This document shows positions 25,301-36,980 of a stretch of DNA of 64,000 nucleotides, one piece after another (position 1 is the first letter of the stretch; every line of letters starts with the position of its first letter). The notes beneath the pieces are model-generated. The model was not told where the DNA came from. It worked only from the letters and a program-made list of their open reading frames with translations, and did no database searches. The DNA lies in contig JAAPAO010000104.1 of assembly GCA_013115145.1 (NCBI GenBank), positions 1 through 64,000 of the forward strand, given 5' to 3'. A program made the position numbers and the translations under genes. The stretch is from Perkinsus chesapeaki ATCC PRA-425. Taxonomy: Eukaryota; Protista; Perkinsozoa.

Positions 25301-26570
25301 AAGAGACAACTAGTTATTGTGGGGGACTCCGAGACTATTGGAGCAGACGAAGTCTGTTGCGGTTATGTCTGCAGGTTTCCCGTTTGTCTTACCGCATACC
25401 AGGTACTGGCAACCTTGTACAGCTATGCCAGCGACAGTGGATTCATAATACCTGCACTCAGTGTTGTTGCTGATGTCTCCGAACTCTCAAACTACCTCGC
25501 GGTAGTCCCACCACCGAGGACGTCTCGTGTCGTCCATGATGGGGAGAAAAGGAAAGATCCCAAGGCAAGTCACTAGCCGGAATCCTGGGGCACGGCAAGC
25601 GTTTGGAGGATTTTCTCGACGTGCCCTCTCTCCAATTCATATCCTTCTCAGGCCAAATCCGCCAAGAACCATCAAGCCGTTAGTAAAGTTCCAGCGCGTC
25701 AAGTCGAGGCTCAAACTTGCGAACGCATACCTGAAATACCCCAAGCTCGAGCCGACTTGTCATTGGAAGAAGTCGATGCTATACTGGATTCACTTGCACC
25801 GGACGAGACGCATTCATTCGACAGTTCGCTCAGTGCTGCTTCACGCCGTCTGGTGCATGAACGCTCGGAGCTGAGAGGGTTCAAGCATGGCAGCAGTGGT
25901 GATGGTGCTATGCGGTATGTCTGGGTACGTGCGGCCAGTGGGCCTGGAGAAGACTCGGGCTCGGAGGCTTCCGCGCAAGGTAGGTTTCCCAAGGGCATCG
26001 CCACTGAGGGTTGTACACTCTTTTCAGCTCCCAAAGTTGTTCACGATGAAGAGCCTGCAGCTTCTTTCTCTACGAAAAGTAAAACTCAGAAAAGAGCGGA
26101 CGCTCGCATTCGGCCCAAACCAAAGAAGCATGCCAAGGCAGAGCCTCTAACAAGGAAAGACAAACCGGCCAACATTTGCGCCTATGCAGACTGTAGGGGA
26201 CATGGCCAGGCACTCCGGAGTAGGCAGAATTTCTTCAGGTCCATCCGTAGTGTCTACTTATGGTTTGCCGTGCAAGTATTGTGACCATCGTTTTTGTTTC
26301 TCTCACATACTTGCTGAAGTTCACGGCTGCGGGGACAAAGCTTCCAAGGCCGCTCGCGTACCATTCATCAGTGTACAGCCTTAGTTTGACCTCATTTCTG
26401 TTTAGGCAGCGTATAAGCGCGACATGACCTCCCACACTCGGGGCCAGGGCCTCATTAATCCTTCTGTTGCGGGGTCCGAAGCGAAACGGAAGGTTGTGGC
26501 CAACAGACTGGCAGATAAAATCAAAGAGGCTCAGGAAAAGCGTCGGGCTAAACCTAAAAAAAGGAAATGA
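16342..26570 (+). CDS. IGHMBP2: IGHMBP2/SMUBP-2-like SF1 helicase with R3H and AN1 zinc-finger domains, multi-exon
   Basis: [87 protein letters not shown]3H-like [20 protein letters not shown]1-like [20 protein letters not shown]. Stop at 26568-26570. Confidence 0.92.
22211..23600 (-). pseudogene. Degraded antisense gene or transposon remnant inside the helicase intron
   Basis: One frame reads [34 protein letters not shown]...[54 protein letters not shown] with in-frame stops. The 3' part is duplicated. Confidence 0.45.
22560..23396. repeat. ~245-nt near-identical direct repeat (22560-22803 and 23152-23396)
   Basis: Both copies run TTCTTCTGCTCAATAG...GCTGACGTGATGTAT with few substitutions. 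A 19-nt direct repeat ATGGGAAATATACATGGCA occurs at 22941 and 23131. Confidence 0.92.
23725..24998 (-). mobile_element. 3'-truncated LTR retrotransposon (Ty3/gypsy-like): putative 5' LTR, PBS and partial gag
   Basis: GC-rich 279-aa ORF 24564-23725 with Gag-like [24 protein letters not shown] and [16 protein letters not shown]. Upstream is a TG...CA segment (~24998-24607), then AC, then a PBS-like TGGTGCCCAGACCCAGG at 24604. No pol and no second LTR seen. Confidence 0.72.
25039..25200 (-). mobile_element. Possible hAT-type transposase C-terminal remnant
   Basis: LSILYL...[13 protein letters not shown] resembles the L-x-x-L-S-I...D-x-x-D-I-I-D-x-F tail of ZMYM1-like hAT transposases. Short and weak. 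Confidence 0.3.
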
Positions 26571-26672
26571 ATGTTTCTTGCTCATCGCTGATATGTTGTC
26601 TGTTATTCACTCAAAAGGAATACGCTTAGTTGTGACGGTCTTCTTCCTTGACACCAACGGTTCTGGTTTTCT

Positions 26673-28439
26673 ATGCCATCGTTCAGTCTCGACCGGCGGC
26701 TTAAGGGGCACACACAAGTTGTGACGAGTGTGCGATATAATCATAATGGAAGGTGCTGTATTCCATCTAGCTCTACGTGTTCATCACGTCGTGCTGTAGA
26801 TACTGCATGAGTACCTCGCAAGATCGTTCTATAAGACTGTGGAACCCTTCTAGCAGCTCTTGTGAGCCTATCAAAACATATACTGGACCTCATAATAGGG
26901 ATGTCAACGACTGCTGTAAGTAAGCGCCTTGTCTCTGCTATACGCTTAACAACACTTCTATTGCTACACGCAAACAAGCCTCAATTGCTCAATCAGTTTC
27001 AGTATGTAATCCTTCATCAGGCTATGTGCCTCAGGTATGACAGACGATAATGCAAAGTTCATCTCTGCCGGCGGTGATAAATCAGTCTTCTTATGGGATG
27101 TCGCCACGGCTAAAGTTATCAGAAGATTCGCCAGACACAAAGGACCCGTGAGTCCGTAAATATCTGTTCCTCATGGACCTGATCTTCGTGTATTCTGGTT
27201 GCTTGAATACGTTGCACTCAGGTTAACTGCTGCGACTTCGCTGGACAGGAGCAAAATATATTGATAACCGGAAGCAATGATAAAACTGTGAGAGCAGCTG
27301 CTATTTGTTCATACGTTCGTGCGGCGCACTTCAACCCGTCTTTGACTGAATTAATTCACAAACCCACGGTGTGTTTCGGTGCACTTTCACCACCCCTATC
27401 CGAAAGGTTGGAAAGGAATCATAACAACCTGTAATTTGTATTTCCAAGGTCTGTATCAAGATTTCGATAGACTCCCTCTTGATAGACTCCCTCCTACTTC
27501 TTTTATCCCGCCTTCGTTAGATGCCCGTCCAGAGCGCGCATCTCTAGATGTCGCGTACTGTAGCTCTCTCCGTATGATGATCTACTTAGGTTATGCTGTG
27601 GGACTGGCGCGCCTTTACCAACAACCGGCCATTGCAGACATTGACAGAAGCTTATGATTCAGTTCAGGCCATAAAAGTGATAAACGAGTAAGTTTTCCGT
27701 TGAGGTCTAACGTTTCTCAAGAGCTTGAAGATGTCTAGACTTCCCAGGCGCACACACCCTTGTGGCACAAGGCTTGTGCATGATATCAGCTCCCATATTA
27801 TTATTCGGCTCCTACATACGCCATAGATACGAACTCCTGACAGGGAGTGTTGACGGATGCCTAAGACGCTATGATATCCGCTACGGTCGACTTACGGTAG
27901 ATGAATTTGACGGGCAGTCAATCACTTGCATTTCACCAAGTAAGAGCTTACGAAATAGTCTTACCAACTAGAATCTGTGATGCTCCAGGTTCGGACTCTC
28001 GGTATCTCTTGCTCGGCATGCTTGATAGCGGTATACGGTTATTTGAGACACAAACAAATCGCGTCATCAAGAACTACAAGGGCAAACACGTGAACCGGAC
28101 ATACAAAACCTACTGTACATTCGACGGGTCAGAGAATCTAGTCCTCACGGGCTCAGAGGCCGGCAGCTTGGTCTGGTATGATGTTGCAGATGATGACATA
28201 ACAGGTAGGCTAAGTATGAGCACACATGCGTACCGCACGACATGCGAATGAGTTCCGCACAATTTGGCGAATCAGGTGCCGCTATGGCGCCGAGCAACAG
28301 TGGTGCAATATTGTGCGTGCGGGCTTATGAATCCCAAGTATTGGCCACAACGCAATCTGGCGAAATACTAGTGTACCACTATGATCCTGACCAGTCCAGT
28401 ACCGTTATTGGACCGGCGAAACCTAACGTTTCAAATTGA
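26673..28439 (+). CDS. WDR83: WD40 protein WDR83/MORG1-like, multi-exon
   Basis: MPSFSLDRRLKGHTQVVTSVRYNHNGR|YCMSTSQDRSIRLWNP, SAGGDKSVFLWDVATAKVIRRF, LLTGSVDGCLRRYDIRYG, NYKGKHVN..Y. Confidence 0.82.
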
Positions 28440-28775
28440 ATCACTCTGCTTTGAGCTAGTCATTTACTATAGACGAAAATACGTACTATAATGGCAGTGG
28501 GTTTAACCTCGATGGTTTGGAAGACCCAAAACTGTGTTTGCCGTTTTTAACCCAACACCGTTTTCATTTGTTACTCCAAATGACATCCGACTGGTGGAGT
28601 ATATCGAAATTCGAAGTAACACAGTTTGTTTTTGTTCTTGTTGGCACCTCAGTTCGGCAGGTGAGCCAAAGAGCTTATTTGACATTCTCGTCGAATATGA
28701 CTTTGCAAGGTTCTCGATGCAATTCTCATCGTGCTACTCCCGATCGGTTACATCATATCGCGTGTATGGTCTCGT

Positions 28776-30613
28776 ATGAGATGTCCTGCAAGTCCTCCCA
28801 GCGCCGTGTTAATCACGGGAGCCGGCGGAGAAGGGCTCGGCGCAGCGCTTGCTCTGAAGTATGTTACCCTCCAAGTCGCGTTAGTATTCTCAAAGATACG
28901 CGTCTCCGTCAACACGGAAACTGATTCTCACTGATGTGCGTCGGGAATCGCTCGCCGCTGTGGCTGGAGCTTGTCGCGCAAAAGGTAAGCCTAACTGCCT
29001 AGTCGATCGCTTTTATCAATTCCTGAAGAATGCCCTTAGCCCTCCACCCACGAGAATTTTCGTTTGCCATCCTTCAGGCGCCATCGAAGTCATAACCGTT
29101 GAGGCTGACGTTTGCGATGCCCTAGCAATGCGAAAGCTCGCGGAGCTCCACCCCGATGTTGATCTAGTCATCGCCAACGCAGGTGCTCATTGCTACATTG
29201 CTGAAGCATATCTGTCGCTTTTTCGACAGGTGTTGCCGCTCACACGGTCTCAGGCGCTAGTGCTGCACAACCCACACCTCCTGTGACAGAGTCTTCTGCC
29301 AAACTACTGAGCGTTAATGTTCTAGGTGTCATGAACACGGTGAGTTTCACTCTGCTCGACTGGCTAAGTCTCCTCTAATTGGTCGGCACGCCACGCAATA
29401 GTATTACAACTGGTGTAGTCTATGAGATTTAGCTAGCTATGTGTCTCTGATAATAAGCAAACAATCCAATGCCTTTGGCCAGAAAAAATGATGTTATGGT
29501 AGAACAGCGCGAAACGGGGCGAGGAGTCATCTATTATTACTCCTCCATCCCAAATGCTATTCTGCTGGTTGCAATCCGATTATTACTACCGTGCTTCACA
29601 TCTCTTAAACAGAGCTCAAATAAGCATAAACATCGGAGACCATTTCTAAAGTCACCAGACAATCATCAAGCGAATCGCTTGAAACAATGTTGATAGACGC
29701 TAGTGACTAGAATGAAGCAAGTATAAGGCAATAGAATGACAGGTATCAACAGTACTTCTCGTGTATCTGGAACCCTCTCTCTTTCTCCGGATTTCCACTT
29801 TGGTTCAGATGGTGACTAGCACAATGCATTAGAGAGGTTGCTCTTGTGCATGTGTATTTCGGACACGGTATTGTTAAATTTGCAAGCATTGGGAATGGCG
29901 GTTACTGGCGTCTCCTGCCAAGATACTCCCTTACGTTGATCCGATGCGTCAGCGCGGTCGAGGCCATCTTGTCATAATGTCGTCGATGGGTAGGTATTTC
30001 TTCAGTCTCCGCAGTTGACTAGCATCCTCGTGTGTAGGGTCGTATCTCCCAACCGCTGCATCTCCCGAGTATCACGCCAGTAAGGCTTGTGTGAGAGTCT
30101 ACGGAGAGTCTTTGAGAGTTCTACTTCGCGGCAGTGGAGTTAATGTTACAGTTATATGCCCAGGATTCGTAAGTAACCGATGGCGTATTACTATGGTATA
30201 TCCCTGAGAACACATCGACTATGTGTACCTTTTTCCTTCCATTGGTAGCCGTTACTGCTGCTTTCTAGGAATATCATCTCAAATGAATGAGTTTTGCTGG
30301 TAATTTTTCTTTTTCAGGTCAAGACTCCAATGACAGATATCGCTGCATCGCGTCGTGTTCACCCACTACCACTTATGATGTCCGTGGCAGCTGCAGCTAA
30401 CTATTGCAAGGAAGGCATCGATGCGAACATGGCAGTAGTGAACTTCCCCAATCTGGTGAGCTCTTCCTGGTGGCGAGCGAAATGATCCATTCTTAGCTCC
30501 TGTGGGTTACGGAAACGGTTATGAGTTGGCCTTCGGCAATTCGCGAGCTGATAATTCCGCGCCCTACAGGAGTTCAAGCATCAAGACTGTCTCGGATGTC
30601 AATGCAAAGATAG
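28776..30613 (+). CDS. Short-chain dehydrogenase/reductase, multi-exon
   Basis: VLITGAGGEGLG (TGxxxGxG-like), DLVIANAG, VNVLG, LVIMSS, YHASK (YxxxK), VTVICPGFV|KTPMT. Confidence 0.87.
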
Positions 30614-30678
30614 AATCGCATGCGGCCGTTCCGGATCATACGCTGACGTTGATGAACAAAGCTATTTTCTTTCTATTT

Positions 30679-31158
30679 TCAATTCTTGGCAGCTATGAGT
30701 TTTCTTGTTGGGTTTATGATAAACCCTTTATCTGCCCTCGTGGGGATGACAGTAGTGCGTATTTGGAGAATATGAGCCTGTAACAGTGTTTCAGTCATTA
30801 CCCGTTTCCTTGTGTTGCCCACGGGCGTTAATAGGAGGGCGTGGTACCGCTGAGCAATCGGCCCTGAACCTAAGGTGTGGCACCTTGGTAAATCGGTAAA
30901 CGTATCGTGAAGATGCAAATGGAGAGTAATCACTGCTAGTAGCCCTGCAGTCGTCACATCGTTGGTTTTCGCTGTTAGCTCTGTTTGTTTCAGTTCATCT
31001 AACAAGCGCCGATAACTCAACTCGCTGCTATTACTGTGATAATGAGCCGATAAACCAATAATAAGATAATCGGATAACACGACTCTCAATAAACTATGTA
31101 TTTGACTGCAACTTAAACCCGTTGCATGGTATCGCACTATGCGTGTGAATTCCAACAC
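30679..31158 (-). pseudogene. Hypothetical ORF or remnant, paralogous to 33900-34461
   Basis: Shares GLSCS, LLxAHILQxRTTV and K(L/F)IAxKN with the copy ~3.2 kb downstream. Confidence 0.4.
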
Positions 31159-31538
31159 TCGAAACAGATGATCGAAGGAGGAAAAAGCAGCGAGCGATCG
31201 ATCGTGAACTAACGGATTGGTACATATATTTCAACAAAGACTTGAAATTGCTCGCAACCACTGGCTAACTGATAGTCGAGCCTTCATCGTAGAATCCACG
31301 ACGATGTATAAAACACACATAGCAATACTATGATTCAAACTAACGTCCCTAGTTCAAGGTAGCTGGTAGTCGGTAGGTTAAAAACTCATGACGGTAGACG
31401 GTAGGTTTCAAAAACTTTTGGTAGTTGTAGTTCAATATTGGTGGTAATATCCGTACTTGGCTCTATTGTACGTATAAGACACCGATGCTCTTAGTAGTGA
31501 TTGGTTAGAAGAGTCTGGCATTAGATCTGTTGGGTCCA

Positions 31539-32639
31539 TTATATCAGATTAGCAAAGCCGATCCTTCTTTGGCTTGGCTGAAACTCCACATATCTATCGA
31601 TAAATATGAAGCCAGGCAAAAACCAACTATCTCCAGGGCTCTGACTGATAGCCAGACTGCAGATTCCATGGAAGTTCCGAGTGTAGTGCTTGCCAGCCAT
31701 GGTTAATAGAACAGAACCTCCGCGGCCCAAGCCAACAAATAGCATAGGGAAATAGGAAATATACGAGCAGCCAAATTCCCATATTCTGAGGGCGGGTATC
31801 CAGCTGATTTGTACTTTAGTTTTCGCAGCCTTCGATACTTGATCTGATATATCTTGTATGAAACCGCCAGCGAAGCTTTGCGGGATCACTAAGCCTTGAC
31901 CACCACTATCTATCAAGATAGACTTGTTTATTCCTGTTTTTTTTCGACCGCCGGCAACTTGTAAGGTGTCGATCGTGACGAGATATTCTTGTTGGCTCAA
32001 CAACGGGACATAACGCAGGGGGGCCACGTACAAATGAGGATCACCTCCACCAAGTAGAAGCTCACCTTTGGGAATAGTGTGAGGAGACGATGAACTCCTG
32101 ATAAACATAGCAAAGGTTGGCCCAGCTATTTTACCTTGTAGTTGAGCCATAAGGGAGCGGTACCCGGGTACTTCCCTTAAGCCTAAGCCGATGGAACTCA
32201 TCGGTGCAACCACGTTAGGGGTCGGTTGCTGACCGGCCACCAGTCCGAATTGGATGGGGCTGACAGCACCCGCTGCAAAGACCAGTTGCCCTTGGTGCGA
32301 GAATATGTCGACTTCTGTACCGTCGGTATATTTTATAAATGTTAATGGGCCCACAGTGCAACCTTTTGGGCATTGATAACATCCGGTGAGGAGAGTAGCG
32401 CACGCTCCAGGGCGAGTAAAATATTCGTACCAGTGCTTCCAAGTGAAGTAGAGGGCAGATGATCCAGTGTCCACGAGAGCGTGCATCATCTGACCATCGA
32501 CCGCGACATCCCCAAGAATAGCATAACCATAGGTTGGGATATTGGGGCGATGTGTGGTGACCCTGATTACTTGGCCCACAGTAACAAACAACTCATTCAC
32601 CATGGATAGCACTAGTAGAGGTATGATGAACCCAGACAT
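31539..32639 (-). CDS. Secreted pepsin-like (A1) aspartic protease, intronless, copy 1
   Basis: Signal peptide, VDGQ..HALVDTGSS, GELLLGGGD, LIDSGGQ, and C-terminal YVEFQPSQRRIGFA. 366 aa, intact. Confidence 0.9.
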   Translation of the reverse strand: MSGFIIPLLVLSMVNELFVTVGQVIRVTTHRPNIPTYGYAILGDVAVDGQMMHALVDTGSSALYFTWKHWYEYFTRPGACATLLTGCYQCPKGCTVGPLTFIKYTDGTEVDIFSHQGQLVFAAGAVSPIQFGLVAGQQPTPNVVAPMSSIGLGLREVPGYRSLMAQLQGKIAGPTFAMFIRSSSSPHTIPKGELLLGGGDPHLYVAPLRYVPLLSQQEYLVTIDTLQVAGGRKKTGINKSILIDSGGQGLVIPQSFAGGFIQDISDQVSKAAKTKVQISWIPALRIWEFGCSYISYFPMLFVGLGRGGSVLLTMAGKHYTRNFHGICSLAISQSPGDSWFLPGFIFIDRYVEFQPSQRRIGFANLI

Positions 32640-33344
32640 TATATAATTGAGTCCTCAACTTCACTGCTGAATGGTGACAGGGTTAATGAAGAACAGTCCT
32701 AATCACGTCTTACTCATGGTATCATTCGCGCAACAGACTAGACCCGCATGCATTCTGGAGCATGTCGTGGTTGTATTCTAAGTGACACTTAGTAAGTGTT
32801 AAATTGTTCTAGCATCGGGCTAGCGCAGCTCCGTGAAAGAAATCCTACCGTCACTGCGCGGGTCGCACAGCCATATTTTTTAAGGAAAGCTATGCTATAG
32901 CACCCTGAATATCGTACTGCCATGCATTGTTCCGGCAGGATATGTTGACCCATGAGTGGCGCCCAGATTCAAGAGCTTAATTACTTCTCTCCGTTCCATT
33001 CGACGTGGGCACAGTCCTTCCAGCCTTTAGGGTTGGAACTTGTAGCGGTGCTCCACAGCCTTGCCTCTAGTGGAGACTCTCGGCATCAAGCAGACGGACG
33101 CAATCCCCCTGAAGAGGAAGGTTTTTTTGTTCTCTTCTTGCCGGCGCTGTCCCGCTGTTTCACTCCGCGTTAGTGCCGAGCTCATCCTATGAACTACTAA
33201 CAATTATCAGCAGCGCTACATCCGTAGTGTTTTGAGTGGCTACACTCTGTCTGCCATTGTGCTGCTGCGATTGCTGGCATCTCGTGAGATAAGTTGGAAG
33301 TAGATAGCTGTATAAGTTTCTCTCGGGTTGAGGCTCGCAACTTG

Positions 33345-33620
33345 AGAGTCCGATGACAGATATCGCTGCATCGCTTCGTGTCCACCCTCTACCATTTATA
33401 ACGTCAGTGGCGGGCTGCCACCACCAGCTGCAGCTTAATATTTCAAGGGAGACATTGATGCGAGCGTGGCAGTATTGAACCTCTTCAATCTGGTGAGTTC
33501 TCCTAGGTGGCGAGCAAAAATTCTTAGCTTCTGTAGGTTACACAAACTGTTACGAGTGTTCGCGAGCTGATAATTCTACGCTTTGCAGGGGTTCAAGCGT
33601 CAAAGCTGCCCCTTATCTCA
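33345..33620 (+). pseudogene. Degenerate duplicate of the last two SDR exons
   Basis: GATGACAGATATCGCTGCATCGC..GTCCACCC... and TTCGCGAGCTGATAATTC match 30330-30600, with indels and stops. Confidence 0.75.
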
Positions 33621-33899
33621 GTGTAACTGTTGCCGCTTCTTCGTTTAGCCCCTCTCAAATAGAGTGCCAACACAATTCTCCCTCCCTTGGCGATCAAAGT
33701 CCGCACGGCTTCCTGGAACCGTCGAGTTGACGGCGTCGACACAACCCGTGTCGGCGCAACAATGTTCCCCCCGCTTCAAAGTTGGACTGCTTAGTAGTTT
33801 TTTATTTGTTCTTTCAAACGAAAATAGAATCACCTGTTTCAGCCATTCCCGATCACACACGAGAAGAAATTTCTTGTTTCTTGTTCTTTCTTGTAGAGA

Positions 33900-34461
33900 A
33901 GAAATTTGCTTCGAGCAATTACTTCTTTTAAATTCTTGCCAGCTATGAACTTAGCTGTTAGACTCATCTGCTCTCGAATCGACGGGAGTCTCGAGAAGGC
34001 AACAGTTGTACGTTCCTGAAGAATATGAGCCGGCAACAGTGTTCCAGTCAACATCAGCTCCGTTTTGCCCAAGCCGTATGGGTCAGTGAGAGACTCTTGT
34101 ACCTCGATAAATCTGTCAATGCCCTCGTAGTCGTAGCCCTGTTAGTTTCTGCCAGCACTTTTGCCTATTAGAGCTCGTCTAACAAGCGCCAACAGTTTCA
34201 CTCGTTTGACGGCATTGCGGCGCTAACCAGTCGATAAACGGTATCCGATCGCATACTCAATGGCCTGTGTCCGTGACTGCAACTCAAACCCTTCGTATGG
34301 TTCAGGAAGTGCCTGTACGGCCATCTCTCAACGTCCTCGCTGAGGTTACTGTATGCTTCCAAGTATTGGAGATACGAGGAAACATGCTCGGGACGGATGA
34401 TCGGATGAATGGTACCAACAAACGATCGACCATGAACCAGTGGTATTGTGTGTTCCAACAA
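33900..34461 (-). pseudogene. Broken paralogue of the 30679-31158 ORF
   Basis: Fragments ...KGLSCSHG... and TLLPAHILQERTTV...KFIAGKN lie in separate open frames with stops between them. Confidence 0.45.
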
Positions 34462-34706
34462 AGTGAAACATGCATAGTAATACTTTGATCCAGATTGACG
34501 TCCCTACTTCAAGATAGTTGGTAGTCGGTAGGTTAAAAACTCATGACGGTAGATGGTAGGCTTCAAAAACTTTTGGTAGTTGTAGTTCAATATTGGTGGT
34601 AATATCCGTACTTGGCTCTATTGTACGTATAAGACACCGATGCTCTTAATAGTGATTGGTTGAAAGAGTCTGGCATTAAGCAGTGACTGGCTGTCAGTTG
34701 GGTCAG

Positions 34707-35822
34707 TTACATCGGATTAGCAAACGTCAGATCAGCAAAGCCGACCCTTCCTTCACTTGGTTGGAACTCCACGTACCTATCAATAATCATGAAGTCAGGG
34801 AACACCCAGCTCCCGCCAGGACTCTGAGTGATAGCCAGACTGCAAACTCCACCAAAGTTGCGAGTGTAGTGCTTGCCAGACACGGTTAAATGAACAGAAC
34901 CTCCGTGGCCTAAGCCGACGAACAACTTAGGGAAATAGGAAATAAACGGGCACTCGAAGTTCCATATCCCGAGGGCGGGTGTCCAGGCGATGAAGACTTT
35001 AGTTCCCGCAGCCTTCGATGCTTGGTCAGACAAATCCTCTATGAGACCGCCAACAAAGCTTTGGGGGAGTGTTAAGGCTTGCGCACGGGTATCAATCAAG
35101 ATAGGACTGTTTATTCCTGCCATTTCCTTTCCGCCAGCAACTTGTAAGCTGTCGATCGTGACGAGGTACTCTTGTTGACTCAATAGTGGTACATAATGCA
35201 AAGGGGCCACGTACACCGTGGGATCACCACCGCCGAGCAGGAGTTCACCCTTAGGAGGGGTTCCGGGAGACGGTGAGGTTTTCAGATACATAGCAAAGGT
35301 TGGCCCAGTTATTTTACCTTGTAATTGGACCATAAGCGGACGGTAACCGACGATTTCCCTCAAGCCCAAGCCAATGGAATTCAGCGGTACAAGTTTTTCA
35401 GGAGTCGGATACTGACCGTCCACCACGCCGAATTGGATGGAGTCCACGGTACCCTGAGAAAATGCCAGTTGTCCTTGGTGTGAGAAGATATCGACTCTTG
35501 TACAATCAACATAGGTGATAGGAGATATTTGACCAACCTTGCAGCCCCCTGGGCATTCATAACATCCGGTGAAGAGAGTAGCGCACGCTCCACGGTGAGT
35601 GAAACGCTCGTAAAATGCCGTCCAAGTGAAGTAGAGGGCAGCTATTCTAGTATCCACACGAGCGTGCATCGCTTGTCCGTCGACTGAGACATCGCCAAGC
35701 AGAGCATAACCGTAATTTGGGATAAAGGGGCGATTCGTGAGCACCCTGATCACTTGGGCCACAGTTCCAAAGAACTCATTAACCATCGATATGACTAGTA
35801 GAGGTATGATGAACACAGACAT
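34707..35822 (-). CDS. Secreted pepsin-like protein, copy 2, with both catalytic motifs changed to DTR
   Basis: Intact 371-aa ORF collinear with copy 1. VDTRIAA and LIDTRAQ replace DTG and DSG. Confidence 0.88.
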   Translation of the reverse strand: MSVFIIPLLVISMVNEFFGTVAQVIRVLTNRPFIPNYGYALLGDVSVDGQAMHARVDTRIAALYFTWTAFYERFTHRGACATLFTGCYECPGGCKVGQISPITYVDCTRVDIFSHQGQLAFSQGTVDSIQFGVVDGQYPTPEKLVPLNSIGLGLREIVGYRPLMVQLQGKITGPTFAMYLKTSPSPGTPPKGELLLGGGDPTVYVAPLHYVPLLSQQEYLVTIDSLQVAGGKEMAGINSPILIDTRAQALTLPQSFVGGLIEDLSDQASKAAGTKVFIAWTPALGIWNFECPFISYFPKLFVGLGHGGSVHLTVSGKHYTRNFGGVCSLAITQSPGGSWVFPDFMIIDRYVEFQPSEGRVGFADLTFANPM

Positions 35823-36337
35823 TATATGATAGAGTCCTTAACTAAACTGCTGAACGGTAACGCGGTGGATTAAAATCGTCTTCTATCATGTCTTACACAT
35901 CGGCTACTTGGTGGGCCAGACTAGATGCATTTGTTCCCTCCGCCGAAATCCATACAATACGTTCAGGGACCCATCGACCCACGAAAGGGGGCGACTTGGA
36001 AATCACCGTTCACTTACTCCCAAATTCAGGCAGAATAATCCTGCCCAGTGGTAGCTGTTTCATAAGGAAGCTGTTGTGTGAAGTTTTAGCCGGAGATATC
36101 CCGTAGGCGATCCACACCAAGCTTTAAGAGACCGTAGTATGCACCAGAGCTAAGGAGCACTCGTGACAGCGCATCTTGCATTATATATGCTAACAGCAGA
36201 ATTTTCTTGTAGGATTAGGAGTAGTGCAAATGCACATCGAATATGCATACAGTCGCTGTATAACATCGGAATTCGTGGTCTTATGCTTTGGAATATCCAA
36301 CACTAGCGCCACTAAGCGCTTCTTGTGTTGGTGATCC

Positions 36338-36372
36338 AGTGTGACATAATATAGCCTATATTATGTCACACT
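36338..36372. repeat. Perfect 17-bp inverted repeat, 1-nt spacer
   Basis: AGTGTGACATAATATAG-C-CTATATTATGTCACACT. It is followed directly by CAGTGCA-A-TGCACTG. Confidence 0.95.
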
Positions 36373-36669
36373 CAGTGCAATGCACTGGATGTGACATGGT
36401 CCATACCAGCCGCCAGGATTATCAGCTAGCAGCTTGGCACAATAGTTGGGCATTGCCGTGAGAATTTTACTCTCGACCAAGGTGTTTATTTTGTATGGTG
36501 TTTTATTTTTTCAGGGTTTATCTTTTCTAGTTGTACTCTCGTTTGGCAGCCGGTCGTGGGCGAGGGCTCTGAATTTCAGTCTGAAAGATGGTGAGTGACT
36601 CATCGTGAGTCCAAAGTCTGACACAAGGGCCCGCAAATTGAAGTGGCCCAGGCCTTCTAAATTAAAACC

Positions 36670-36702
36670 GTACGACGTATTAGAAGTTCTAATACGTCGT
36701 AC
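36670..36702. repeat. Perfect 16-bp inverted repeat, 1-nt spacer
   Basis: GTACGACGTATTAGAA-G-TTCTAATACGTCGTAC. Confidence 0.95.
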
Positions 36703-36937
36703 TCTTCGGGACCTACCCGAGCATCGCCTGCACACTACAGGAGGTATTGGTTTGGCCACAGGCTCTTACTCAAGGATTTATAACGCGTGCAGACATAAAC
36801 TAGCTGTTGTCTGATAAAAGAAGAGACAAGCCATAGTAGAAAATATCTTAGGAATCTTTGAGGTAAATGCTGAACACGACTTCAAAAGTGGTTGAGAATC
36901 ATCTTGCGGGCACCGGATTACCCTATTCAAGTTGAAT

Positions 36938-36980
36938 CAACCCCAGAAGCAGTTGAATAATTCAACTGCTTCTGGGGTTG
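36938..36980. repeat. Perfect 21-bp inverted repeat, 1-nt spacer
   Basis: CAACCCCAGAAGCAGTTGAAT-A-ATTCAACTGCTTCTGGGGTTG. Confidence 0.95.
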
